DNA of 64,000 bases from NCBI GenBank assembly GCA_964016885.1, contig OZ024742.1, forward strand, positions 356,004,001-356,068,000, in the 5' to 3' direction. How positions within the stretch are numbered: position 1 is the first letter of the stretch; each line of letters starts with the position of its first letter. The DNA is from Eledone cirrhosa (taxonomy: Eukaryota). The notes under the pieces were generated by a model. That model was not told the DNA's origin. It saw only the letters and a list, made by a program, of their open reading frames with translations, and made no database searches. The position numbers and the translations under genes are program-made. Positions 39,986-54,900 of the stretch are shown piece by piece.

Positions 39986-40432
39986 AGAATGTATAGCTCA
40001 AAGATCAGACAGTCACATTAGGTAGAGCCACTACTTCTCTAAATTGAGAGATCACAGGTCTGATACTAGGGGTATGTGGTTAGAATGGCTCAGGAAAGAA
40101 TGTATAGCTCAGAGATCACAGAGTCACTCCAGGTAGAGCCACTGCTTCTCTAAATTGAGAGATCACACTCTGATACTATGGGAATGTGGTTAGAATGGCT
40201 CAGGAAAGAATGTATAGCTCAGGGATCAGAGAGTCACTTTGGGTAGAACCACTACTTCTCTAAATTGAGAGATCACAGCTCTGATACTATGGGAATGTGG
40301 TTAGAATGGCTCAGGAAAGAATGTATAGCTCGGGGATCAGAGAGTCACTTTAGGTAGAACCACTACTTCTCTAAATTGAGAGATCACAGCTCTGATATTA
40401 TGGGCATGTGATTAGAATGTCTTAGGAAAGAA
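39986..40432. repeat. Four tandem copies of a ~111-bp unit
   Basis: agaatgtatagctc...cttctctaaattgagagatcaca...ttagaatggctcaggaa at ~39986, 40097, 40208 and 40318. Confidence 0.93.
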
Positions 40433-40642
40433 TCACTGAACAAATTTTAAAGGGCAAGACCAACTGGCTGGAGACCCAGGGGTAGACCCCATGCAAGATG
40501 GTTGGATAACATCCATGAGCTCAGCTGGAGATGGTTGCTTCTGACAGGGCCCACTGGAAGGTGTGTTTGAGGATTCTTCCCCAAAGACCCTTTCAGGAAT
40601 AAGTGGGCTAAGAAGAAGTGGAGGAAGAGGCGGAGATGGAGG

Positions 40643-40679
<37 letters not shown>

Positions 40680-40795
40680 GGAGGAGGAGGAGGAGGAGAA
40701 GAAGAAGAAGAAGAAGAAGAAGAAGAAGAAGAAGAAGAAGAAGAAGAAGAAGAAGAAGAAGAAGAAGAAGAAGAAGAAGAAGAAGAAGAAGAAGA
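40433..40795 (+). mobile_element. RTE-like LINE 3' end with an expanded compound (GAG/GAT/GAA)n tail
   Basis: Frameshifted RPTGWRP.GRP..RWLDNIHEL, then caggaataagtggg and a long trinucleotide tract. Confidence 0.75.
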
Positions 40796-41363
40796 CATAG
40801 ATGACAAGATAGACACAGCACATTAGATAGATCAAATAACAGCAATAATTACAGTTAGATGAGAAGCTAAAGAATTATAGATAACATTTTTAGATTAGTC
40901 ACACCAACAAATTCATCAGAAAAATGAATAATCTTCTAGACAAATGATATAAGCAAGTCAAAACTCTATTAGAAAAATAATTAAAAACCTAAAAAGGTTA
41001 CTACTTAAATCTGCAACAGCAACAAGACTAGCAACAACTATTGTACCTGTTCACTTACAATAATTATCTCATTTCAAACATTCAAACAAATATCATAAGG
41101 AATTGTACATTAAATTGATCAAAAGCTTTGTTTTGTTGTATTTAAGTTTGATTTAATCTACTACAAAATAAAACACAGTGGGATTTGAACTTTGGCACAC
41201 TTACATAAAGTTACTAGATATGTGAGAATAATTTAACAATATTTTGTAAAATGTTAGCCACGTATATTCTAGTTTTAGAATAGGTATACCATATCCATGC
41301 ATGTGGTAAGAAGCAATTAAAAAGGTTGGGAACATAAAGGTCAGTCAACCATAAAACACTGCC

Positions 41364-41592
41364 TTAACCCTTTAGCATTTACATTATTCTATAGTTACTA
41401 CTGTAGATTCATGATAAAGTCTTTACCTCACATATTTATCTCACATAATATGGAGTCTATGAGATTTTGATATTATTTATTTTGAGAACTATACCTTAAC
41501 ATCAGTATGAGTGGCCAGTTACAGCGGGTTTGAACAGAATTAGGTGAGAGAATGCTGGTCAGATACGATCAGTTTAAATGCTAAAGGGTTGA
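41364..41592. mobile_element. piggyBac-type MITE
   Basis: TTAA-CCCTTTAGCATTTA ... TAAATGCTAAAGGG-TTGA (14-bp perfect TIR). Confidence 0.85.
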
Positions 41593-41682
41593 AAAGTGAA
41601 CAATGTTTCAATTTATACCATCATGGACCCAAGTTATTTAACCCTTGCCTTAGTAGGGAAAATAATCAAAATATATGTGTTT

Positions 41683-41972
41683 CATCATCATCGCTTTTTC
41701 ATTCCCTTTTCCATGCTTGCATGGATGCTTCTCTGCATGGTGTCTCTCCACTTGTCACATTCCTTTGTCATCTCCTCTTTCACTTTTAGCGATTTAGGGT
41801 CAGCTTTCACAAACTCTACCCAGGTCTTTGTTGGTCACCCTCTACTGTGGTTTCCTTCCACTGGGATTTACTTCACCCATTTCTTCACCCATCAGTTATT
41901 GTCTTTGTGCATCACATGTCCATACCAATGCAATTGTCTCTCCTGTACACCATCTGGGATTCCCCTTGTGCT
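41683..41972 (-). mobile_element. Old RTE LINE 3' fragment
   Basis: Minus strand reads VQERQLHWYGHVMH and RG*PTKTW, then gcaagcatggaaaag...(GAT)n. Confidence 0.75.
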
Positions 41973-43239
41973 ATCCTATATAATGGAACATTTATCAACT
42001 TCAAAATTTCCTAATTTCCTACTATTGACAGATCTCCAAATTCCTGATATTTTAGAAAACCCATCTACTGCATAGTTAGGGGGCCAGCAGCACTCATCAA
42101 TAATATTTAGAGAGGATCTGATGTTGAAGAATGTATTTTCTGCTGGGACTTGTAATTAGCAGAACTCCATTCCAATGCTCCATTAGCAAATACGCTACAA
42201 GGTAACAATGACATATTTATTATTCACAGTTATCTAAATAACTTACAAATTGCTTATAATTTTCACAGAATGAAATAATAAACATAATTAGGAAGGGCAT
42301 CCTGTCATTGAAACCAAGCCAAAATCAGTTCTGTGTGAGCAAAACATGATCTTCTAACCTGAATCCTTAACAATGGGACAGTTGAAAATGATGATGATGA
42401 TAAATTATAAACAAATATGATAAATACAATTAATTATTGCCAGGAAACTCACAAATATCATGTTATAAAGCACAAAAATGATCAAGCTGAGAGAAAAAGA
42501 AAAGGAAAGATAAAACTCACAAACAAAAGTAGCCATCATTTCACCACCAAGTGAACAATCTCCCATACCCCACAAGGGTGAACAGAAAATGTTGAGGCTT
42601 TCCTAATCAAGAATGTATTATCTATGTAAATACAGACGCATCTACCAATCTGATGGTTCAATCTTGATTGGATATTTCTGCTCTAAAACAATTGATTATT
42701 TCTGTCTGAATGTTATAATGTTTTCTGCTTTCATATAACAATTTAACCAGTTTTTGAAGTAAGCTTACTTTTGTTCCCTCCTCCCACTAAATTAACAGAA
42801 ATTAGAAATACTTTGTGAATCTAAATTAAACCTTTTACGTGCCTCTGTCTCGAATTCATTCAAGAATAATTGCTTTTACAGCCATCTCATTCATTTTATC
42901 TTCTAGAATCTGGTACCTGCCTCCGAAACTATTTAAAATACAGCATTTAAGACCCATGTAATGTGCGGCTGATTCTTGCACTTAGTGGTGAATTGATGGT
43001 CATTTTCTTTTTCTGTTTTTACGCCCCGCCTTTTTTTTTCTTTTTTCTCTTTTTTCCTTTTCAATTTTTTTTCTTTTTCTTGCTCTGGTCATGTGTTTTG
43101 GTGTTATTTTTATGAGGTTCTTGGTGATGTTTGGTTATATTTGATATGTGTTTATATTTGTGTTTATCAACGACATTATATTTGTAATGTTATTCTGAAA
43201 GAATTGTGAGCAATTAGTAATGTTATTTATGTAATTATC

Positions 43240-43560
43240 TCCTTCTTCTTCACCCACTTATTCCTGAGAGGGCCATGGGAGCAGAGACCTCAAACACTCC
43301 ATCCACCAGATCCTGTCAGAAGCAACAGTCTCCAACTGATCCTCCTGCTGGATCCCCAAACGAGACCTACCAAGCTCATGGATGTTATCCATCCATTTTG
43401 CTCTAGGTCTACACCTGCATCTCCTGCCAACTGGTTTTACCCATAAAATCTGTCCAGCGATTCTTTCCTGAGACATTCTAACAACATGCCCATAGTATTG
43501 GAAAATTGCTTCTACTTGGAGTGCTTCTCTGATTTTCAAGCACATTCTATCAAGTAACGT
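43240..43560 (-). mobile_element. RTE-like LINE 3' fragment ((GAA)n-tailed family)
   Basis: ORF: YYGHVVRMSQERIAGQIL...PVGRR.R.RPRAKWMDNIHEL...DRIWW. Confidence 0.8.
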
Positions 43561-44630
43561 TACTCAAAGACCCTTGAGAGGAACCCCATTTTGGCCACTT
43601 GTATTCACAATCATATTCTTTCCCTCATTACTCAAATACAGCTTGATACATTAACTCACCTTCTGTAAGTTACCTGCACAATATATAACAAAAGAAATTG
43701 CAATATAACACATCATACATTTTTGATATTGCAGAAGCATTGCTAGAACTACAATTAAGCCCTCTGGTGATTTAAGGAACATTAAATACTAAAGACAACA
43801 AAAGATTCTCAAGAATATGTTGCTTTTCTTCAACAAAGTGGGCATATAGCAAGTGGAAATCATATTTAAGAATGTAAAATTTACAGAGATTTGAAACGTA
43901 AAGAATGAAGAGAAGAAAATGATTAAATATTGTTAGCTAAGAAATTTATCATAAGCTATTCTAAAAATGTCCAATAGAAACAGCCTTGAACATTTTAATA
44001 TTTGGCAAAAATCAATTATAAATGGGAATATGTTTATTTTTTCATCAGGTGTTACAGGATACAGAAAATGACTTTGCTTTATTAAAATGACAGATTTTAG
44101 CTGCCGGCTATTTGCATTAAAACATATGAAAGAAACGATGGAAATCAGAAGAAAAGACAGAGATCTTTTTTCCAATAGACTCATGAGTACACAGCATAAA
44201 AAGAAGTTTATATGTAATGTTATGTGGAATATATAATGCTACAGAAATTACGAATTTGACCAGTGAGTAACTGGAGAACAGTAGTTGTTAGTGGTTGTAC
44301 CTCATTGTTAAAATAATGTTCTGTTTGGATGAGCTCCTCATCAGAGATATGTAGTGACACTTTCCCTGATTTCCTGAGGGACAACCTGATACCTATAGCG
44401 ACAGACCTTGATTCCATTCTCTTAAAAGCTGAAGATCACAAGCTCTTGCAGTATTCACCAATTCCCCAACTGAGATTGTGGTGGAGACTTCTGGCATACT
44501 CAGGAGCCTCATTTTAAAAATATTTCTTATTTTATCAATAGTTTTTATTCTTTAACAATAAATAAATAAACATTTATATACATATATGTTGTTTATTCTT
44601 TATCATTAACATTAATATTAAAAATAATAA

Positions 44631-44778
44631 TTGTTTCTAATTTTGGCACAAGGCCAGCAATTATCTCAGCGCATTACTGGTACTTTATTTTATCGACCCC
44701 GTAAGGATGAAAGGCAAAGTTAACCTCGGCGGGATTTGAACTCAGATCGTAAAAGGCCATAACTCTATGCTGCAAATA
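44631..44778 (-). mobile_element. Meta-type SINE, 5'-truncated
   Basis: Matches the 35550 family. Confidence 0.85.
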
Positions 44779-45177
44779 ATGAAGTATAATTGTTTTCAAT
44801 TCTTTTACAGAAAATATTTTATAAAAAGGCCTCCAAATTCAAACAACTTAGGACCTCATCAGGTCTAATTCTGGCCCTTCTTCATCCCCAAACACCCTAC
44901 CTTTTTCACTGCTATCAGCATGGAATTGGACACTGACATGTGTGAATCCCATTAGTTAAAATTGTTATTTCAACATATCCCCCTCACTATCATCTGTGAT
45001 AATGCTTTCCATATTATAACTACTGAGACGATGAATTAGCTTGCAACTTAGCAGTCAGCATGCCAAAATGTATTCTCCGACATTATCTGGAAATGTCTCT
45101 CTAGAATAGTGATAGTATAGTTTGCTGATATTTAACAAATGCTCCACTACATTGGTATGGAGATGTGATGTTAATGG

Positions 45178-45412
45178 ACAATGACTGATTGGGTGAAGAA
45201 ATCCCAGGAAATCCCAGTTGAAGGAAGCCATCATAGAGGACAACCAAGAAGGACTTGGGCAGTGGTTGTGAGAAATGACTTCAAATTACTAAGACTGGCA
45301 GAGGAGATGACGAAGGAACATGACAAGTGGAGAGAGACTGTGCTAAGAAGGGCCCATCCAACCCATGCAAGCATGGAAAAGCAGACATGAAAGCGATGAG
45401 GATGATGATGAT
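45178..45412 (+). mobile_element. Old RTE 3' fragment
   Basis: DWVKKS..IPVEG...RGQPRRTW...WR, then acccatgcaagcatggaaaagcagac and (GAT)n. Confidence 0.75.
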
Positions 45413-45642
45413 TGATATGGAGTTGATCATTGGATTAATGAGCAGCTAGTAGCTTGGTTCAGTTGGTTCTTCATACAATGTTCCCAGAATGTTCCCCAAT
45501 TAATTGTACAGCAGCTGTTAATCATTTCACCTGTTCCTGATAGGTTTATTGTTTTCTATTTAATGCCACAGGTGGTGTAACACTGCAACTCATAAATTGG
45601 TTGAAAATTGTTGACTATTTCAAGTACTGACAGTAATGGCAT

Positions 45643-46358
45643 TAATTATTCCAGCTCTTTACATTCTGAGTTCAAATCTCATTAAGGTCAACTGTGCCAT
45701 TCACCTGCCTGAGGGCAATAAAAAATCAGTGAATTGGGATCAATCTAATCGACTTTCCACTCCCCCCAAATGACTGGCCTTGTGCCTATATAAGAAACCA
45801 TTAATTAGTAAGGCTTTGTAAGGGCGGAGAATTGGCAGTATCAGTAGAGGGTCGGATGTCATGCTTTGCAGCAAAGAGTTACGGCCCTTTATGGTCTCAG
45901 TTCAAATCCCGCCGAGGTTAACTTTGCCTTTCATCCTTATGGGGTCGATAAAATAAAGTACCAGTGATGCACTGAAATAATTGCTTGCCTTGTGCCAAAA
46001 GTAGAAACAATTAATTATTCCAGCTCTTTACATTCTGAGTTCAAATCTCATTAAGGTCAACTGTGCCATTCACCTGCCTGAAGGCAATAAAATATCAGTC
46101 AATTGGGATCAATCTAATCAACTTCCCCTCCACCAAATTGCTGGTCTTGTGTCTAATTAGAAACCATTTGGCAGTATCGGTAGAGGGTCGGACACCATGC
46201 TTTGATGCATAGAGTTATGGCCCTTGCGTTCAAATCCGGCCAAGGTTAACTTTGCCTTTTATCCTTACGGAGTCCATCAAATAAAGTACCAGTAAAGCAC
46301 TGGGAGAATTGCTGGCCTTGTGCCAAAAGTACAAACAATTAATTAGTAAGGCTTTGTT
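45643..46358 (+). mobile_element. Cluster of four SINEs arranged A-B-A'-B'
   Basis: A (45643-45802) matches A' (46012-46168). B (45821-46012) and B' (46168-46342) are Meta-type SINEs. attaattagtaaggctttgt flanks B-A'-B' as a probable TSD. Confidence 0.8.
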
Positions 46359-46743
46359 ATTTTTAGAACTTTTAAGAATGAACATTTTTCATATTGAATA
46401 GCTTCATGAAATGTTGTTTACTGGGTACTGGCTTGACTGTGTAGTTAAAATGGTTGCTTTGCTTCAGTCCCACTGTACATCATCTTGGGTAAGTGTGTTT
46501 TACTTTTGTCTTGGTTTAACAAGAATCTATGTGCCACTATTAGCAATATTATTGAAAACTAAACATTTAATACTAAACTATCTTTTCAGTTGTATATGTC
46601 ATGGCAAGTGTCAAGCAAGTAAATACAAATAAATAAATAAGTAAACAAGTGTTGATGTTCTCTCTCTTTCACTCACTGCCTCTCTCACTCTCCTCTAAGA
46701 GTGAAGTTTAATTTGTAGATTTATTATCTTTCTTTGTTTAACC

Positions 46744-47106
46744 TGTAGCGCTCTATAGACAGGGAAGTAGCTAGAGTTACTTCCCGTTGAAAATCTAGAA
46801 CCCTCTTTTGCAACTTCCGGAAAGAGGTTATAAATAGCGGCAACACAGCCAAGCTATCTCTCTCTTTGGCGCCTTTCCTTCGAACAGACAACACTGAAGA
46901 TGAACATGTTAATCATGGGCTTGGACCAAACCTAAATATGCGTGAGGATATTTTGTGTACAACAATTATAACAGAGTTATAATAAAATGAAAACTTGTAT
47001 TCGATATGGTGTTTTGTAAATATATCTTATCCTTTTCTGTATAAAAATTAGTAGTTAGATTCTGGTGATATTTACTCAAGTAAATAATCCTGGGTCTGAC
47101 AGAACA
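46744..47106 (+). mobile_element. Possible solo LTR
   Basis: Starts TGTAGCG, has tataaatag followed by a CT tract and aataaa, and ends ...GAACA. No TSD seen. Confidence 0.3.
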
Positions 47107-47109
47107 CTA

Positions 47110-47334
47110 AACACCCTTTAGCATTTAAACCGATCGTATATACGGCCAATATTCTCTCATCTATTTCTGTTCAACTGACCATAACCAGCCACTCATACTG
47201 ATGTAAAGGTATTGTTCTCAAAATAAATAATATCAAATTTTCATAGATTCGATATTATGTTAGATAATTATGTGAAGTAAAGCCTTTACCATGAAAATCT
47301 AATAGTGAATGTAATGTAAATGCTAAATGGTTAA
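47110..47334. mobile_element. piggyBac-type MITE (opposite orientation to 41364)
   Basis: ccctttagcattta ... taaatgctaaatgg-TTAA. The interior is the reverse complement of the 41364 copy. Confidence 0.8.
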
Positions 47335-47749
47335 CACCATGAGTTCTTTCTTTCCCTCTCTTTTTTTTCTATATTTCCCTATTCTTTCTTTCCTTTTGTT
47401 TCGCCTTTTTTTTTTTTTTTCTTACTAAATAAGGTTTGTTTTCTAATGAGAATTTGTTGAAAAAGAAATGTAGAATTTACTTATTTAAAAACAGAAAAAG
47501 TAAAACAAATTAACAAGTGAACGTTTTAGAAGAGTCTATTTTGATGCCAGCATTTGTACCATGTTACTGGTCTGATGATAATTCAGCTCAAATTCCTCTC
47601 AGTTGTCTTGATAACCTTACAAGGAGTCATAGTTCCTCTTAATTTAATTACAAAATAAAAGAACAAACTGGCCAAAGATGTTTTTATAATTTAGCTATAT
47701 TCTAATCAAGAAGGGTTTCATCTATTTTATTAGAAGACTTCATAATCAT

Positions 47750-47920
47750 TCTTTCTACATTTGGCACAATGCCAGCAATTACCCAGTACATTACTGGTAC
47801 TTTATTTTATCGACTCCTTAAGGATGAAAGGCAAAGTTTGAACTCAGTCTGTAAAGGGACATAACTGTGCTGCAAAGCATGACGTCCGACCTTCTACCGA
47901 TACTGCCAATCCACCACGCT
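47750..47920 (-). mobile_element. Meta-type SINE with an internal deletion
   Basis: Matches the 35550 family. Confidence 0.82.
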
Positions 47921-48061
47921 TTAGAAGACTTCATAATAATGGATTTTCAATTGCATCACCCAAAGTGATTGTCTCACTTGCAGAATGTTATAAATACCAG
48001 TAATATATTTTGTTGAATTAAGGAATGTTTGTAAGTATATAAAAGTTAATGGGTTTCACTA

Positions 48062-48967
48062 GCTCTAGTCAGAACTGGTTGGAAAAAGTTCAGAGAGCTT
48101 ATACCACTATTAGCTGCTAAAGGGTTCTCCCTAAAAATTAAGGTCAGGTTGTATGATGCCTGCATACGAACAGCAATGTTGCATGGCAGTGAGACCTGGG
48201 CATTGTGTGCAGAGGATATACGCAGACTAGAGAGGAACGAAGCTTGCATGCTCCGCTGGATGTGTAACAGTAATATACGTGAACGGCAAAGCATAAACGA
48301 ACTAAGGAAAAAATTAGAAATAAGAGGGATCAGATGTTGTTTACTCGAGAGAAGGCTACGTTGGTATGGACACGTGATGCGCATGAAAGTCGATAGCTGT
48401 ATAACAAAGTGCAGGGCAATAAAGATAGACGGTAGCCACGGAATAGGCAGACCTAGAAAAACCTGGGACGAGCTGATAAACTCCGACCTCACACACTTAC
48501 ACCTCTCCAAGACAATGTCACTGGACCGAGACCTTTGGCGGTACTCAGTAACAGAGAAGACCCGCCTTACCTAAATACATAGTAAAACCTACTACAGCCA
48601 GTAGGCATCTCTAACAAAATACACCCCATCCCACCACCCCCACCCCATCCACACCACCCCGTTCTATGTAAAGTTATGTTGGTGCCGCGCCATCCAGGCC
48701 GAAACAAATGAGATCGTGTGGTGTCACGATAAAAAAACACACAGTCCACGCTGTAATGTGGCCGTGTAGGCAACACGGTAAAAACCTCCCAGACCCACAC
48801 TGTAAATGTGGTTGGTGTTAGGAAGGGCATCCAACTGTAGAAAACCTGCCAGACAGTCCTATGCGAGCAAGACAATCACTCTTGCCTCAAGTGGGAATAC
48901 CCCCGTCCAAACCCATGCAAGCGTGGAACACGGACGTTAAACGTTGATGATGATGATTGATGATGAT
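48062..48967 (+). mobile_element. RTE LINE 3' fragment, nearly identical to 8585-9597
   Basis: ORF 48149-48574 is near-identical to the C-terminal part of ORF 8514-9092, with the same 3'UTR and (GAT)n. Confidence 0.95.
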
Positions 48968-51900
48968 ACATATATTTCAATACTATCCTTACTGAATATA
49001 GACATCCTTTCAAAGATATATACACATATTTCAATACTATCCTTACTGAATATAGACATCCTTTCAATGATATATACACATATTTCAATACTATCCTTAC
49101 TGAATATACACATCCTTTCAATGATATATACACATATTTCAATACTATCCTTACTGAATATAGACATCCTTTCAATGATATATACACATATTTCAATACT
49201 ATCCTTACTGAATATAGACATCCTTTCAATGATATATACACATATTTCAATACTATCCTTACTGAATATACACATCCTTTCAATGATATATACACATATT
49301 TCAATACTATCCTTACTGAATATAGACATCCTTTCAATGATATATACACATATTTCAATACTATCCTTACTGAATATACACATCCTTTCAATGATATATA
49401 CACATATTTCAATACTATCCTTACTGAATATAGACATCCTTTCAATGATATATACACATATTTCAATACTATCCTTACTGAATATAGACATCCTTTCAAT
49501 GATATATACACATATTTCAATACTATCCTTACTGAATATAGACATCCTTTCAATGATATATACACATATTTCAATACTATCCTTACTGAATATAGACATC
49601 CTTTCAATGATATATACACATATTTCAATACTATCCTTACTGAATATAGACATCCTTTCAATGATATATACACATATTTCAATACTATCCTTACTGAATA
49701 TAGACATCCTTTCAATGATATATACACATATTTCAATACTATCCTTACTGAATATAGACATCCTTTCAATGATATATACACATATTTCAATACTATCCTT
49801 ACTGAATATAGACATCCTTTCAATGATATATACACATATTTCAATACTATCCTTACTGAATATAGACATCCTTTCAATGATATATACACATATTTCAATA
49901 CTATCCTTACTGAATATAGACATCCTTTCAATGATATATACACATATTTCAATACTATCCTTACTGAATATAGACATCCTTTCAATGATATATACACATA
50001 TTTCAATACTATCCTTACTGAATATATACATCCTTTCAATGATATATACACATATTTCAATACTATCCTTACTGAATATAGACATCCTTTCAATGATATA
50101 TACATATATTTCAATACTATCCTTACTGAATATACACATCCTTTCAATGATATATACACATATTTCAATACTATCCTTACTGAATATACACATCCTTTCA
50201 ATGATATATACACATATTTCAATACTATCCTTACTGAATATACACATCCTTTCAATGATATATACACATATTTCAATACTATCCTTACTGAATATACACA
50301 TCCTTTCAATGATATATACACATCCTTTCAATGATATATACACATATTTCAATACTATCCTTACTGAATATACACATCCTTTCAATGATATATACACATA
50401 TTTCAATACTATCCTTACTGAATATACACATCCTTTCAATGATATATACACATATTTCAATACTATCCTTACTGAATATAGACATCCTTTCAATGATATA
50501 TACACATATTTCAATACTATCCTTACTGAATATAGACATCCTTTCAATGATATATACACATATTTCAATACTATCCTTACTGAATATAGACATCCTTTCA
50601 ATGATATATACACATATTTCAATACTATCCTTACTGAATATAGACATCCTTTCAATGATATATACACATATTTCAATACTATCCTTTCTGAATATAGACA
50701 TCCTTTCAATGATATATACACATATTTCAATACTATCCTTACTGAATATAGACATCCTTTCAATGATATATACACATATTTCAATACTATCCTTACTGAA
50801 TATAGACATCCTTTCAATGATATATACACATATTTCAATACTATCCTTACTGAATATAGACATCCTTTCAATGATATATACACATATTTCAATACTATCC
50901 TTACTGAATATACACATCCTTTCAATGATATATACACATATTTCAATACTATCCTTACTGAATATAGACATCCTTTCAATGATATATACACATATTTCAA
51001 TACTATCCTTACTGAATATACACATCCTTTCAATGATATATACACATATTTCAATACTATCCTTACTGAATATACACATCCTTTCAATGATATATACACA
51101 TATTTCAATACTATCCTTACTGAATATACACATCCTTTCAATGATATATACACATATTTCAATACTATCCTTACTGAATATACACATCCTTTCAATGATA
51201 TATACACATATTTCAATACTATCCTTACTGAATATAGACATCCTTTCAATGATATATACACATATTTCAATACTATCCTTGCTGAATATAGACATCCTTT
51301 CAATGATATATACACATATTTCAATACTATCCTTACTGAATATAGACATCCTTTCAATGATATATACACATATTTCAATACTATCCTTACTGAATATACA
51401 CATCCTTTCAATGATATATACACATATTTCAATACTATCCTTGCTGAATATACACATCCTTTCAATGATATATACACATATTTCAATACTATCCTTACTG
51501 AATATAGACATCCTTTCAATGATATATACACATATTTCAATACTATCCTTACTGAATATAGACATCCTTTCAATGATATATACACATATTTCAATACTAT
51601 CCTTACTGAATATAGACATCCTTTCAATGATATATACACATATTTCAATACTATCCTTACTGAATATAGACATCCTTTCAATGATATATACACATATTTC
51701 AATACTATCCTTACTGAATATACACATCCTTTCAATGATATATACACATATTTCAATACTATCCTTACTGAATATACACATCCTTTCATTGATATATACA
51801 CATATTTCAATACTATCCTTGCTGAATATAGACATCCTTTCAATGATATATACACATATTTCAATACTATCCTTACTGAATATAGACATCCTTTCATTGA

Positions 51901-54900
51901 TATATACACATATTTCAATACTATCCTTGCTGAATATAGACATCCTTTCATTGATATATACACATATTTCAATACTATCCTTGCTGAATATAGACATCCT
52001 TTCAATGATATATACACATATTTCAATACTATCCTTACTGAATATACACATCCTTTCATTGATATATACACATATTTCAATACTATCCTCGCTGAATATA
52101 GACATCCTTTCAATGATATATACACATATTTCAATACTATCCTTACTGAATATAGACATCCTTTCAATGATATATACACATATTTCAATACTATCCTTAC
52201 TGAATATAGACATCCTTTCAATGATATATACACATATTTCAATACTATCCTTACTGAATATAGACATCCTTTCAATGATATATACACATATTTCAATACT
52301 ATCCTTACTGAATATAGACATCCTTTCAATGATATATACACATATTTCAATACTATCCTTACTGAATATAGACATCCTTTCAATGATATATACACATATT
52401 TCAATACTATCCTTACTGAATATAGACATCCTTTCAATGATATATACACATATTTCAATACTATCCTTACTGAATATAGACATCCTTTCAATGATATATA
52501 CACATATTTCAATACTATCCTTACTGAATATAGACATCCTTTCAATGATATATACACATATTTCAATACTATCCTTACTGAATATAGACATCCTTTCAAT
52601 GATATATACACATATTTCAATACTATCCTTACTGAATATAGACATCCTTTCAATGATATATACACATATTTCAATACTATCCTTACTGAATATAGACATC
52701 CTTTCAATGATATATACACATATTTCAATACTATCCTTACTGAATATAGACATCCTTTCAATGATATATACACATATTTCAATACTATCCTTGCTGAATA
52801 TAGACATCCTTTCAATGATATATACACATATTTCAATACTATCCTTACTGAATATACACATCCTTTCAATGATATATACACATATTTCAATACTATCCTT
52901 ACTGAATATAGACATCCTTTCAATGATATATACACATATTTCAATACTATCCTTACTGAATGTACACATCCTTTCAATGACATATACACATATTTCAATA
53001 CTATCCTTACTGAATATACACATCCTTTCAATGATATATACACATATTTCAATACTATCCTTACTGAATATACACATCCTTTCAATGATATATACACATA
53101 TTTCAATACTATCCTTACTGAATATACACATCCTTTCATTGATATATACACATATTTCAATACTATCCTTGCTGAATATAGACATCCTTTCAATGATATA
53201 TACACATATTTCAATACTATCCTTACTGAATATAGACATCCTTTCATTGATATATACACATATTTCAATACTATCCTTGCTGAATATAGACATCCTTTCA
53301 TTGATATATACACATATTTCAATACTATCCTTGCTGAATATAGACATCCTTTCAATGATATATACACATATTTCAATACTCTCCTTACTGAATATACACA
53401 TCCTTTCATTGATATATACACATATTTCAATACTATCCTTGCTGAATATAGACATCATTTCAATGATATATACACATATTTCAATACTATCCTTACTGAA
53501 TATAGACATCCTTTCAATGATATATACACATATTTCAATACTATCCTTACTGAATATAGACATCCTTTCAATGATATATACACATATTTCAATACTATCC
53601 TTACTGAATATAGACATCCTTTCATTGATATATACACATATTTCAATACTATCCTTGCTGAATATAGACATCCTTTCAATGATATATACACATATTTCAA
53701 TACTATCCTTACTGAATATAGACATCCTTTCAATGATATATACACATATTTCAATACTATCCTTACTGAATATAGACATCCTTTCAATGATATATACACA
53801 TATTTCAATACTATCCTTACTGAATATAGACATCCTTTCAATGATATATACACATATTTCAATACTATCCTTACTGAATATAGACATCCTTTCAATGATA
53901 TATACACATATTTCAATACTATCCTTACTGAATATAGACATCCTTTCAATGATATATACACATATTTCAATACTATCCTTACTGAATATAGACATCCTTT
54001 CAATGATATATACACATATTTCAATCCTATCCTTACTGAATATAGACATCCTTTCAATGATATATACACATATTTCAATACTATCCTTACTGAATATAGA
54101 CATCCTTTCAATGATATATACACATATTTCAATACTATCCTTACTGAATATAGACATCCTTTCAATGATATATACACATATTTCAATACTATCCTTACTG
54201 AATATAGACATCCTTTCAATGATATATACACATATTTCAATACTATCCTTACTGAATATAGACATCCTTTCAATGATATATACACATATTTCAATACTAT
54301 CCTTACTGAATATACACATCCTTTCAATGATATATACACATATTTCAATACTATCCTTGCTGAATATAGACATCCTTTCAATGATATATACACATATTTC
54401 AATACTATCCTTACTGAATATACACATCCTTTCAATGATATATACACATATTTCAATACTATCCTTACTGAATATACACATCCTTTCAATGATATATACA
54501 CATATTTCAATACTATCCTTACTGAATATAGACATCCTTTCAATGATATATACACATATTTCAATACTATCCTTACTGAATATACACATCCTTTCAATGA
54601 TATATACACATATTTCAATACTATCCTTACTGAATATACACATCCTTTCAATGATATATACACATATTTCAATACTATCCTTACTGAATATACACATCCG
54701 TTCAATGATATATACACATATTTCAATACTATCCTTACTGAATATAGACATCCTTTCAATGATATATACACATATTTCAATACTATCCTTACTGAATATA
54801 GACATCCTTTCAATGATATATACACATATTTCAATACTATCCTTACTGAATATACACATCCTTTCAACGATATATACACATATTTCAATACTATCCTTAC

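Noticed and set aside
40433-40845. Poly-S/L/F/K ORFs
   Set aside because: They are translations of the trinucleotide tail of a LINE.
44220-44517. Host exon
   Set aside because: It has upstream in-frame stops and weakly resembles a decayed LINE RT segment.
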